From Bosea sp. (in: a-proteobacteria) (GTDB lineage: Bacteria > Pseudomonadota > Alphaproteobacteria > Rhizobiales > Beijerinckiaceae): 64,000 nucleotides of DNA. Location: contig JANOCI010000015.1 in NCBI GenBank assembly GCA_031412095.1, positions 22,636-86,635 of the forward strand, given 5' to 3'. This document shows positions 19,383-28,529 of the stretch, in pieces. Positions within the stretch are counted from its first letter, which is position 1. Every line of letters starts with the position of its first letter. The notes under the pieces are model-generated. The model was not told where the DNA came from. It saw only the letters and a list, made by a program, of their open reading frames with translations, and did no database searches. The position numbers and the translations under genes are program-made.

Positions 19383-19632
19383 GCTGCGATTTCCGGCGGC
19401 GAAGGCGCTGCGCTGTCTTATTCTAGCATCGCAGGGCGACCCGCCAAGCCGCGTTTGGCGATCGCTCCCATTCATGCAGCACATGGGGAGGTGGCCTGGA
19501 CGCCAGCGGACGGACGAGCCGGAATTAACCGGGCATCAACCCTACCGGGCCGATAACCATGCTGCGTGATTTTTTTGGCGCGTGACCTGCCTGCGCGCCG
19601 TGTCGTGGCCCTGTTGCGTTGAGTGTGTGTCG

Positions 19633-20745
19633 ATGCGTTCCAAACAGCGTTTGCCTGATGACCCTTTCCTGCGCAGATCCGTGGCGGCCAGGACCCGGCG
19701 CAGACGGGCCGCCGGCGCATTGACCGCCTGCGCATTGATCGCCTGCCTGGCGGCCCCGTTCGCGGCGTTGGCCGAGCAGCGGACGGGCTCCGCGGGCTTC
19801 CAGCTGGCGGGGCTGACCCTGTTCCTGCCGGCCGCGTATTCGCCGGACGAACCATCCGTGGCGGTGCAGAAGCCCCTGGCGAGCGGGCCGCGCGCCGACC
19901 TCAAGAGCGCCGCGCTCACGGCCGCGCCGGTTTTTCCCGACATCGACCGCAGCAGGAAGGCGGATCAGCTCGCGCCCTTGCGGCCGACGCTCTCCATGGC
20001 GCTCGACGAGCCCGCGCGCTTCAGCAAGGACGACCTCGACCGCCTGATCTTCGGCGTGGAGGGCGACGGCGTGGTGTCGGCCGGGTTCAACCTGTCGCTG
20101 AGCCGGCTGGCGCTGCTGGGGCCGGGCCAGTTCGAGCCCTTGCCGTCCGGCGCGCTGGCGCAGGAACTGGCCGCTCCGGAGCCGGCCCCGCCCGAGCTCG
20201 CCGTCGATGAAGGCGTCCTGGACGCGCCGGCCAGCCGGCTGCACCTGGCTGCGCTCCCGCCCGCGCAGACGAGCCTCACGCCGAAATCGCCAGCGCGCGC
20301 GCAGTCGCACTACGCTGACCTCATCCCGGAAGCCAACCAGTACCGCGAGATGCGCTGCCTGGCGGAGGCGATCTATTTCGAAGCGCGCAGCGAGCCCGAG
20401 GAAGGCCAGGCCGCGGTGGCGCAGGTCGTGCTGAACCGTGTGCGCCACGAAAACTATCCCGATAGCGTCTGCGGCGTCGTCTACCAGAACAGCCGCAGGT
20501 TCCTGGCCTGCCAGTTCACCTTCGCCTGCGAAGGGCGGTCTTTGCGCATCACCGAAGCCGAGCCGTGGCGCGTCGCGGTGCAGATCGCCACCGATGTCGT
20601 CGCCGGCAAGATCTACCTCAGCGACGTAGGCGCATCGACGCATTATCACGCGGATTACGTACGCCCGCATTGGGCCAGGCGCCTCAAGCGCATGGAGACG
20701 ATCGGGCGTCACACATTCTACAAGCTCAAGCCCGGCCAGGCCTGA
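19633..20745 (+). CDS. SleB-like cell-wall hydrolase with long N-terminal low-complexity region
   Basis: C-terminal hydrolase_2 domain: CLAEAIYFEARSEPEEGQAAVAQVVLNRV...YPDSVCGVVYQ...THYHADYVRPHWA. ATG 19633 gives a signal-like N-terminus (AGALTACALIACLAAPFAALA). Confidence 0.8.
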   Translation: MRSKQRLPDDPFLRRSVAARTRRRRAAGALTACALIACLAAPFAALAEQRTGSAGFQLAGLTLFLPAAYSPDEPSVAVQKPLASGPRADLKSAALTAAPVFPDIDRSRKADQLAPLRPTLSMALDEPARFSKDDLDRLIFGVEGDGVVSAGFNLSLSRLALLGPGQFEPLPSGALAQELAAPEPAPPELAVDEGVLDAPASRLHLAALPPAQTSLTPKSPARAQSHYADLIPEANQYREMRCLAEAIYFEARSEPEEGQAAVAQVVLNRVRHENYPDSVCGVVYQNSRRFLACQFTFACEGRSLRITEAEPWRVAVQIATDVVAGKIYLSDVGASTHYHADYVRPHWARRLKRMETIGRHTFYKLKPGQA

Positions 20746-20751
20746 CGCATT

Positions 20752-20774
20752 GCGGGCTGCGCGGCGCAGCCCGC
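20752..20774 (+). terminator. 23-nt perfect GC palindrome directly after the SleB-like gene stop (possible terminator, no U-tract)
   Basis: GCGGGCTGCGC-g-GCGCAGCCCGC at 20752-20774, 7 nt after TGA 20743-20745. Confidence 0.4.
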
Positions 20775-20913
20775 GGCACGGCTTCGCGCCCGCACGATAG
20801 ATGTGGCGCGCGGCAACGGCCTGTGGCAGTCATTGTCCGATGATCGCCGGGCCGGAATCCGGCGGCGTGCATCGGGCATCCTCCCTTCCTGCTCCATCTT
20901 TTTGGCCCTTTCG

Positions 20914-21126
20914 ATGAGCATTGAATCACCCTGCATCAAGATCTGCGTGATCGATCCGGGCACCGGCTTCTGCACCGGTTGCGGGCGCACGGGAGCGGAG
21001 ATCGGCGCCTGGCTTGGCATGCAGCCCTGCCAACGCCGCGACATCATGGCCCATCTGCCCGATCGGATGGCCAGGATCGTCTCCCGCGACGGCCGATGCG
21101 TCGTCCGCCGGCAGGCGCGATCCTGA
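20914..21126 (+). CDS. DUF1289-family small Cys-rich protein
   Basis: [33 protein letters not shown]... is the characteristic SPCxxxC...CxGC DUF1289 pattern. ATG 20914. Confidence 0.75.
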   Translation: MSIESPCIKICVIDPGTGFCTGCGRTGAEIGAWLGMQPCQRRDIMAHLPDRMARIVSRDGRCVVRRQARS

Positions 21127-21146
21127 GCCGGATGCGAAGCGCGGGC

Positions 21147-21611
21147 ATGAGCGAGCCGTTCTGGAGATCGCTGACGCTGGAGGAGATGTCGGCCGAGCAA
21201 TGGGAAAGCCTTTGCGACGGCTGCGGCCGATGCTGCCTGGTCAAGCTGGAGGAGGAGGACACCGGAGCGATCCATGCCACCGACGTGGCCTGCACATTGT
21301 TCGACGCCGGGACCTGCCGCTGCAAGGATTACGGGCAGCGCTCCGCCAAGGTGCCGGACTGCGTGACGCTCACGCCCCATGAAGTGCGCACCCTGCCCTG
21401 GCTGCCGCCGACCTGCGGCTACCGGCTGGTGGCCGAGGGCAAGGACCTGAAATGGTGGCACCCGCTGGTTTCCGGAACGCCGGAGACCGTCATCGAGGCC
21501 GGAGTTTCGGTCAAAGGCCGCGTGTTCGCCAGCGAAGACGACGTGCCGCCCGAACGGCTCGTCGACCGCGTCACGAAGTGGCCGCTGCGGTTTCCTCCCC
21601 GCGCCAGATGA
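21147..21611 (+). CDS. ycgN: YcgN-family (UPF0260) cysteine-cluster protein
   Basis: [36 protein letters not shown]...[14 protein letters not shown] is the YcgN signature. ATG at 21147. Confidence 0.85.
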   Translation: MSEPFWRSLTLEEMSAEQWESLCDGCGRCCLVKLEEEDTGAIHATDVACTLFDAGTCRCKDYGQRSAKVPDCVTLTPHEVRTLPWLPPTCGYRLVAEGKDLKWWHPLVSGTPETVIEAGVSVKGRVFASEDDVPPERLVDRVTKWPLRFPPRAR

Positions 21612-21800
21612 GCCCGGGCTGAACAAATTCGCGAGCCGGGCGTTCAGGCGCTGTTCAGTGCCCATCCAGCACACGGCGCAATTGATCTGTCGCTATGTTT
21701 TTGACACAAGGACCGCGGCCTTCCGCATCTGCGACATGGTTGCGAGCAGGACTTTCACGCACCGGTCCCACCGGCGCGAAGACTTCATGAGGAATTCTCC

Positions 21801-24485
21801 ATGAGCGGCAAGAAGTGGGTCTACACTTTCGGCGATGGCAAGGCCGAAGGCCAGTCGAGCATGAAGAATCTGCTGGGCGGCAAGGGCGCGAACCTCGCCG
21901 AGATGTGCAATCTGGGACTGCCCGTGCCGCCGGGCTTCACCGTGCCGACCGACGTCTGCGTCCACTATTACGACAATGGGCAGAGCTATCCGGCCGAGCT
22001 GAAGGAGCAGGTCGAGGCCGCGCTGGCCGAGATCGGCCGCATCGCCGGCAGGACATTCGGGGATCCGGCCAACCCGCTGCTCGTTTCGGTCCGCTCGGGC
22101 GCGCGCGCATCGATGCCCGGCATGATGGACACGGTGCTGAACCTTGGCCTGAACGACCTGACGGTGGCCGCCGTGGCGCGGGCCGCCGGCGACGAGCGCT
22201 TCGCCTATGACAGCTACCGCCGTTTCATCACCATGTATTCGGATGTCGTGCTGGGCTGCGACCACCATCATTTCGAGGAGACGCTCGACGCCTACAAGGA
22301 GCGCAAGGGCGTCCAGCTCGACACCGACCTTTCGGCCGACGACTGGAAGACCCTGGTCGGCCGCTACAAGGAGATCGTGAAGAAGCAGCTCGGCCGCGAG
22401 TTTCCCCAGGACCCTCACGAGCAGCTCTGGGGCGCGATCGGCGCCGTCTTCGGCTCATGGATGAACGCCCGCGCCATCAAGTATCGCGAACTGAACAGCA
22501 TTCCGGCAGCCTGGGGCACAGCGGTCAACGTCCAGTCGATGGTGTTCGGCAACATGGGCGACACGTCGGCCACCGGCGTCGCCTTCACGCGCAATCCCTC
22601 GACCGGCGAAAAGGAGCTTTACGGCGAGTTCCTGGTCAACGCCCAGGGCGAGGACGTCGTGGCCGGCATCCGGACTCCGCAGGACATCACCGAGACCGCC
22701 CGCAAGGCTGCCGGCTCCGACAAGCCTTCGATGGAGGTCGCGATGCCCGAGGCCTACGCCGAGCTTGTCCGCATCTACGGCATCCTCGAGAAGCATTACC
22801 GCGACATGCAGGACATGGAGTTCACGGTCGAGGCCGGCAAACTCTGGATGCTGCAGACGCGCAGCGGCAAACGCACGGCGAAGGCTGCGCTGCGCATCGC
22901 CGTCGAGCTCGCCAACGAGGGGTTGATCACGCAGGACGAGGCGATCATGCGCGTCGAGCCGGGCTCGCTCGACCAGCTGCTGCACCCGACGATCGATCCG
23001 AAGGCGGAGCGCCGCGTCATCGCGACAGGGTTGCCCGCCTCGCCCGGAGCCGCCACCGGCGAAGTCGTGTTCACCTCGAATGAAGCCGAGACGCTTAAGA
23101 AGGCCGGCAAGAAGGTGATCCTCGTTCGCGTCGAGACGTCGCCCGAGGACATCCACGGAATGCACGCCGCCGAAGGCATCCTCACCACCCGCGGCGGCAT
23201 GACCAGCCACGCGGCCGTCGTGGCGCGCGGCATGGGCAAGCCCTGCGTCTCCGGGGCTGGCCAGATCCGCGTCGACTATGCCAAAAAGAACTTCACCGTC
23301 GGCGGCCAGACCCTGAAAGCCGGCGACTTCATCACGATCGACGGCGGCACCGGGCAGGTGATGCTCGGCGAGATCCGAATGCAGCAGCCCGAGCTTGCGG
23401 GCGAGTTCGCCACGTTGATGGTCTGGGCGGACAAGGTGCGCCGCATGAAGGTCAGGGCCAACGCGGAGACGCCGCTCGATGCGCGCACGGCCCGCGAGTT
23501 CGGCGCGGAAGGCATCGGCCTTTGCCGCACCGAGCATATGTTCTTCGAGGGCGACCGCATCATCGCGGTGCGCGAGATGATCCTGGCCGATGACGAGGCC
23601 GGCAGGCGCAAGGCGCTGGCCAAGCTGCTGCCGATGCAGCGCAACGATTTCGTCGAGCTGTTCAAGATCATGCAGGGCCTGCCCGTCACGATCAGGCTGC
23701 TGGATCCGCCGCTGCACGAGTTCCTGCCGCACACCGAGGCGGAGATGGGCGAAGTCGCGACGTCGCTGGGCGTGCCCGTGGAGAAGTTGAAGCGCCGCGC
23801 CGCGGACCTGCATGAGTTCAACCCGATGCTCGGCTTCAGGGGCGTGCGCCTCGCGATCGCCTATCCCGAGATCGCGGAGATGCAGGCCCGCGCCATCTTC
23901 GAGGCCGCCGTGATCGCGGCGCGGGAGACAGGCCACCCGGTCGTGCCCGAAGTGATGGTGCCGCTGGTGATGACCAGACCTGAGCTCGACCTCGTGCGCG
24001 GGCGCATCGACGCGATGGAGAAGGCCGTGGAGACCGAGACAGGGGCCAAGCTGACATACCAGGTCGGCACGATGATCGAACTGCCTCGCGCGGCCCTCCG
24101 CGCCCGCGAGATCGCCGGAGCGGCCGAGTTCTTCTCGTTCGGCACCAACGACCTGACCCAGACCACGCTCGGCATCAGCCGCGACGATGCGGCCTCCTTC
24201 CTCGGGCCCTACACCCAGAAGGGCATCCTGCCCGCCGACCCGTTCGTGACCATCGACCGGGACGGCGTCGGCGAACTCGTGAAGCTCGCGGTCGAACGCG
24301 GACGCGAGACGAGGCCCGACATCAAGCTCGGCATCTGCGGCGAGCATGGCGGCGATCCTGCCTCGATCATGTTCTGCGAAGAGGCTGGCCTCGACTACGT
24401 GTCCTGCTCGCCCTACCGCGTACCGATCGCGCGCCTTGCTGCAGCGCAGGCCGCGCTCGGCAATGTGACGGCGAAGGAAGGCTGA
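21801..24485 (+). CDS. ppdK: pyruvate, phosphate dikinase
   Basis: 894 aa. N-terminal ATP-grasp (GGKGANLAEM), phospho-His domain (TTRGGMTSHAAVVARGMG) and PEP-utilising TIM barrel (CGEHGGDP). GAGGA RBS before the ATG. Confidence 0.97.
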   Translation: MSGKKWVYTFGDGKAEGQSSMKNLLGGKGANLAEMCNLGLPVPPGFTVPTDVCVHYYDNGQSYPAELKEQVEAALAEIGRIAGRTFGDPANPLLVSVRSGARASMPGMMDTVLNLGLNDLTVAAVARAAGDERFAYDSYRRFITMYSDVVLGCDHHHFEETLDAYKERKGVQLDTDLSADDWKTLVGRYKEIVKKQLGREFPQDPHEQLWGAIGAVFGSWMNARAIKYRELNSIPAAWGTAVNVQSMVFGNMGDTSATGVAFTRNPSTGEKELYGEFLVNAQGEDVVAGIRTPQDITETARKAAGSDKPSMEVAMPEAYAELVRIYGILEKHYRDMQDMEFTVEAGKLWMLQTRSGKRTAKAALRIAVELANEGLITQDEAIMRVEPGSLDQLLHPTIDPKAERRVIATGLPASPGAATGEVVFTSNEAETLKKAGKKVILVRVETSPEDIHGMHAAEGILTTRGGMTSHAAVVARGMGKPCVSGAGQIRVDYAKKNFTVGGQTLKAGDFITIDGGTGQVMLGEIRMQQPELAGEFATLMVWADKVRRMKVRANAETPLDARTAREFGAEGIGLCRTEHMFFEGDRIIAVREMILADDEAGRRKALAKLLPMQRNDFVELFKIMQGLPVTIRLLDPPLHEFLPHTEAEMGEVATSLGVPVEKLKRRAADLHEFNPMLGFRGVRLAIAYPEIAEMQARAIFEAAVIAARETGHPVVPEVMVPLVMTRPELDLVRGRIDAMEKAVETETGAKLTYQVGTMIELPRAALRAREIAGAAEFFSFGTNDLTQTTLGISRDDAASFLGPYTQKGILPADPFVTIDRDGVGELVKLAVERGRETRPDIKLGICGEHGGDPASIMFCEEAGLDYVSCSPYRVPIARLAAAQAALGNVTAKEG

Positions 24486-24490
24486 GGCGG

Positions 24491-24760
24491 ATGCCGGTCC
24501 GCCTGCAGCGCCTCGATTACCTGTTCTTCGCCCTGATGCTCGTGACTGGCGTTGGCATCGCTGCCTACGTCACGCGCAACCCCGCGATGAACGATGCCGG
24601 AATACCGCCGATCGTCTGGCCGATCGCGGTGTCGTTCGCTTTCGATCTGGCGACGGTGGCGATGAAGGGCGGCGGCATGCCGCCCCTCGCGATGCCGATC
24701 CGCGCGGCCGGCGTCATCGGCGCGATGGTGCTGGTGGCGCTGCTGCAGGGGCGGATGTGA
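24491..24760 (+). CDS. hypothetical small membrane protein (about 3 TM)
   Basis: 89-aa ORF starting 6 nt after the ppdK stop with AGGAAGG/GAGG upstream. Three hydrophobic segments; no recognisable family. Confidence 0.5.
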   Translation: MPVRLQRLDYLFFALMLVTGVGIAAYVTRNPAMNDAGIPPIVWPIAVSFAFDLATVAMKGGGMPPLAMPIRAAGVIGAMVLVALLQGRM

Positions 24761-24850
24761 TCCATCGCGCAAGGTTTTGCGCAACGACTTTCCTTCTCCC
24801 GCAAACGGAAACGGGTCAGGCCGCTCTGAGCTCAAGCCCTATGTTCATCC

Positions 24851-26530
24851 CTATCGCCTGGCCAGCGCCTCCGCCCTGATGCCCGACAGGGTCTTCGCCG
24901 GCGTGATGACCTCGGGATCGATCAGGCAGTGCAGGATCGACGGCTTGCCGGACGCCAGCGCACGCTCGAAGGCAGGCGCGAACTCCTCTGTCGTTTCGAC
25001 CCTCTCCCCATGGCCGCCGAAGGCCCGCGCATAGGCAGCGAAATCGGGATTTTTCAGTTCCGTCGCCGAGATGCGGCCCGGATAGTGCATCTCCTGGTGC
25101 ATGCGGATGGTGCCGTACATGCGGTTGTCGATCACCACCACGATGATCGGCAGATCGTACTGCACGGCTGTGGCGAACTCCTGCCCGTTCATCAGGAAGC
25201 AGCCGTCGCCGGCGAACGCCACCACCGTCCGGTCCGGGAACATGCGCTTTAGGCCGACCGCGGCGGGCACGCCATAGCCCATGGAGCCGGAGGTCGGTGC
25301 GGCCTGGGTGCCGAACTGGCGGAAACGGTGGAAGCGGTGCACCCATGTGGCGTAGTTGCCGGCGCCGTTGCACAGGATGGCGTCGGAGGGAAGCCTATCG
25401 CGTAGCCAGACGACGGCCTCGCCGGGGTGAAACGCCCCCTGCACTGGCGCTGGAGCGTTCGACCAGCCATGGAAAGCGGCGTGCGCCTCATCCGCTGCGC
25501 CCTGCCATGCGATCGTCTGGGATGGATGGACCGTCTGCAGCGCGGCGCAGAACGCCGTCGGCGAAGCGTTGATGGCGAGCGCGGGATGATAGACCCGGCC
25601 AAGCTCGCCAGCATCGGGATGGACATGCACAAGGTTGCGTCCCGGCTCGGGAATGCCGAACAACGTGTAGCTCTGGCTCGGCATCTCCGACAGCCGCCCG
25701 CCAACGAGCAGGACAAGGTCAGCCTCCTTGATGCGCGACAGCAGCTTGGGATTAGGGCCGATGCCGAGATCGCCGGCGAAGCAGGGATGATCGCTGGAGA
25801 ACAGCATCTGGCGCCGGAACGTGACCGCGACCGGCAGTTCGAACTGCTCGGCAAAGCGGGCGAAACGGTCGACCGCCTGCTGGTCCCAGCGCGAGCCGCC
25901 CAGAAGCGCGATGGGCGCCTTGGCCGCCCACAGCATCTTCTGCAGCTCGATCATCTGGGTGAGCGAGGGGTGGGTCTCGATCGGGGAATGAGCCCTTGCG
26001 TCCATGACGCTTGCGGCTTCAGTCAGCACATCCTCGGGCAAGGCGATCACTACAGGTCCGGGGCGGCCCGACGTCGCCACGTGGAATGCGCGGCTGATGA
26101 TCTCCGGAATCCTCGCCGGGTCGTCGATCTCCGTCGCCCATTTGGCCATGGGCCCGAACACGGCGCGGTAGTCGAGCTCCTGGAAGGCCTCGCGCTCGCG
26201 CATGCCGCGTTCGATCTGCCCGACGAACAGGATCATCGGGGTCGAGTCCTGCTTTGCGATGTGGATGCCGGGGGATGCGTTGGTCGCACCCGGCCCGCGC
26301 GTCACCATGCAGATGCCGGGCCTGCCCGTGATCTTGCCGGCGGCCTCGGCCATCATCGCAGCTCCGCCCTCCTGACGGCAGACCGTGACGCGGATCGAGG
26401 CGTCATGCAGCGCATCGAGCACGGCAAGGTAGCTTTCACCCGGAACGCAGAACACGTCGGACACGCCCTGCAGCACCAGTTGGTCGACAAGGATCCGCCC
26501 GCCCGTGCGCGCTTCCACAGTCCGGTTCAT
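24851..26530 (-). CDS. thiamine-diphosphate-dependent enzyme (acetolactate-synthase-like family)
   Basis: 559 aa from ATG 26530 (MNRTVEARTGG...). N-terminal PYR domain (FCVPGESYLAVLDAL, TRGPGATN) and C-terminal ThDP motif (GDGCFLMNGQEFATA...NN). ATGA overlap with the upstream CoA-transferase stop. Confidence 0.85.
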   Translation of the reverse strand: MNRTVEARTGGRILVDQLVLQGVSDVFCVPGESYLAVLDALHDASIRVTVCRQEGGAAMMAEAAGKITGRPGICMVTRGPGATNASPGIHIAKQDSTPMILFVGQIERGMREREAFQELDYRAVFGPMAKWATEIDDPARIPEIISRAFHVATSGRPGPVVIALPEDVLTEAASVMDARAHSPIETHPSLTQMIELQKMLWAAKAPIALLGGSRWDQQAVDRFARFAEQFELPVAVTFRRQMLFSSDHPCFAGDLGIGPNPKLLSRIKEADLVLLVGGRLSEMPSQSYTLFGIPEPGRNLVHVHPDAGELGRVYHPALAINASPTAFCAALQTVHPSQTIAWQGAADEAHAAFHGWSNAPAPVQGAFHPGEAVVWLRDRLPSDAILCNGAGNYATWVHRFHRFRQFGTQAAPTSGSMGYGVPAAVGLKRMFPDRTVVAFAGDGCFLMNGQEFATAVQYDLPIIVVVIDNRMYGTIRMHQEMHYPGRISATELKNPDFAAYARAFGGHGERVETTEEFAPAFERALASGKPSILHCLIDPEVITPAKTLSGIRAEALARR

Positions 26531-27714
26531 GGACGGCCTCCCCAGTTCGGGTCCTGCAGGATGTCTGCGCCGTGCTCGTTCAGGGCCGGGCTCGGACGGG
26601 CCGACACCATGCGCACGCCGTCCATCACGATGGGCGACGCCACCGTCGGGACCGTCCCGGCGCGCGACGTCGTCGACGCCAGATCGCGCAGGACGCCGCG
26701 GGCCTTCACCTGCGGGTCGGCGAAGACCTCGTCCATGGCGTTGATCGGGCCTGCAGGCACCCCTGCCCGCTCCAGCTTCGCCAGCAGGTCCGCTTTCGCG
26801 AACCGTGCCGTGAGCCCGCAAAGGCGGGGCACAAGCAGGGCCCGGTTCCGGATGCGGTCCTGGTTCGCTGCATAGTCGGCGTGCACGCCAAGCCCGGGCT
26901 CCCCAAGCGCGTCGCACAGCTTGCGGTATTGCCCGTCATTGCCGCTGGCGATGATGATGTGGCCGTCGCTGACGGGGAACACCTCATAGGGCACGATGTT
27001 GGGATGCGCGTTGCCGAGACGACCGGGCGGCTTGCCCGAGACGAGGTAGTTCATGGCCTGGTTGCCCATCACCGCGACCTGGGAATCCATCAGCGCCAGA
27101 TCGATCGCAGCGCCGATCCCGGTCTGGTCGCGCCTGCGCAGCGCCGCCAGGATGCCGACCGTGGCGTACATGCCGGTGAAGATGTCGGCGGTGGCGTAGC
27201 CGGCCTTCGTGGGCTGGCCTCCGGCGTCGCCGGTCACAGACATCGCGCCCGCCATGCCCTGGATGAGGAAGTCATACCCGGCACGGTCGGCGTACGGCCC
27301 GTCCTGACCGAACCCGGTGATCGAGCAGCAGACCAGCCTGGGAAACGCCTTTCTCAACGTCGCGGCGTCAAGCCCGTATTTGACCAGCGCTCCGACCTTG
27401 AAGTTCTCGACGACGACGTCGGCGTGCCCGGCCAGCCTCATGACCAGAGCGCGACCCTCCGCCGTGCGGAAATCGGCCATGACCGACCGCTTGCCGCGGT
27501 TGCAGGAGTGAAAATAGGCGGCCGAGAGATGCTGCCCGTCCAGTCCTTCCACGAAAGGCGGGCCCCAGGCGCGCGTGTCGTCGCCTTCAGGCGCCTCGAC
27601 CTTGACGACGTCCGCGCCGAGGTCGGCCAGCAGCTGTCCGATCCAAGGCCCGGCGAGGATGCGGGCAAGCTCTAGAACGCGGATGCCGGCGAGAGGGGCG
27701 TCTGCAGTCGTCAT
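26527..27714 (-). CDS. family III (CaiB/BaiF) CoA-transferase
   Basis: 395 aa from ATG 27714. GIRVLELARILAGPWIGQLLADLGADVVKVE...GDDTR...NRGKRS... is the class III CoA-transferase N-terminus. Confidence 0.9.
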   Translation of the reverse strand: MTTADAPLAGIRVLELARILAGPWIGQLLADLGADVVKVEAPEGDDTRAWGPPFVEGLDGQHLSAAYFHSCNRGKRSVMADFRTAEGRALVMRLAGHADVVVENFKVGALVKYGLDAATLRKAFPRLVCCSITGFGQDGPYADRAGYDFLIQGMAGAMSVTGDAGGQPTKAGYATADIFTGMYATVGILAALRRRDQTGIGAAIDLALMDSQVAVMGNQAMNYLVSGKPPGRLGNAHPNIVPYEVFPVSDGHIIIASGNDGQYRKLCDALGEPGLGVHADYAANQDRIRNRALLVPRLCGLTARFAKADLLAKLERAGVPAGPINAMDEVFADPQVKARGVLRDLASTTSRAGTVPTVASPIVMDGVRMVSARPSPALNEHGADILQDPNWGGRP

Positions 27715-28529
27715 CGTTCGTCTCCGTCTTCGTCGGCGGCATCGACGCCGAGCGCCAGGCCGATGCCCATCAAGACGACAATCTGCCCGATGTAAATCTC
27801 CAGCGAGCGCCGGCCGCACAGGCGAAGCAGCACAGCCGGCGTGGCCGGAAGAGGGCGGGCGACGTCGCGGCGATCGAACCTCAGCAGGAGGCCGCTGACG
27901 AGGATGACCCCGCCCGCCATGATCCAGGTGTCTGCGACCTCGAATTCGTAGTCGTAGAGCTCCATCCCGATATAGGCCAGCGTGGCGAAAGCCCCGAGCG
28001 CCCGGCGGACGAGCCAGGCCGGATCGCGCTGGCGGTCGCCGCCCGCATCGAGCGCGCGGCGGTGGGCGAGGCCAACCAGCGCCAGCAGCCAGCCCTCGGA
28101 GCCATATTCGACGACCTGTCCCGCCAGGGGCATCAACGCCGCCAGCGCCGCGGCGAACAGAGCGATGCGCCACCATGCCCGCATGACGTTCGCCTCGATG
28201 AATGACAGCGACAGGCGGATGACGGCGAAATTGAACATGACGTTGAGGGAGATTTCGTCGAACCCGCCATGCCGCCAGACATCCAACGCGGTCAGCCCGG
28301 CGCCGGCCGCCCACCAGAACCATGGCACATGCCGGGTGCGGGCGAAGCCGATGAGGAAAAAGAAGATCGGCAAGGCGGCACGCCCGAGCGCGGTCATCCA
28401 GAGCTGGTCCGGCCAGATGTAGAACCACAGGTGATCCAGCAGGATCAGCAGGAGCGCCGCGCTCTTCCACAGATCGACGGTGGTCACTGCCAGGGCCGAC
28501 GAGGAACGGGGCAGGTCGGCGGCGCTCAC
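27711..28529 (-). CDS. TraX-like polytopic membrane protein (putative membrane acyltransferase family)
   Basis: 272 aa, about 8 TM, GTG start 28529 (GTGA overlap). N-terminal pattern WKSAALLLILLDH...LGRAALPIFFFLIGF resembles the TraX family (LK..A...M..DH...GR.AFPIF) as I recall it. Confidence 0.55.
   Translation of the reverse strand: MSAADLPRSSSALAVTTVDLWKSAALLLILLDHLWFYIWPDQLWMTALGRAALPIFFFLIGFARTRHVPWFWWAAGAGLTALDVWRHGGFDEISLNVMFNFAVIRLSLSFIEANVMRAWWRIALFAAALAALMPLAGQVVEYGSEGWLLALVGLAHRRALDAGGDRQRDPAWLVRRALGAFATLAYIGMELYDYEFEVADTWIMAGGVILVSGLLLRFDRRDVARPLPATPAVLLRLCGRRSLEIYIGQIVVLMGIGLALGVDAADEDGDER

Noticed and set aside
19525-20712. 395-aa minus-strand ORF opposite the SleB-like gene, and similar antisense ORFs at 14427..15386, 34084..35367, 43224..44306 and 50242..51447
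   Set aside because: Each lies opposite a gene with clear family motifs. Their translations are Arg/Gly/Ala/Pro-rich without motifs, signal peptides or sensible start contexts.
22455-24347. 630-aa minus-strand ORF opposite ppdK
   Set aside because: It is antisense to an unmistakable pyruvate phosphate dikinase and has no domain features.
27715-28470. N-terminal extension of track ORF 26527..28470 (647 aa) upstream of the CoA-transferase
   Set aside because: The extension overlaps the TraX-like gene in another frame and is Arg/Pro/Gly-rich. The CoA-transferase family N-terminus (MTTADAPLAGIRVLEL) begins at ATG 27714 with an ATGA junction.
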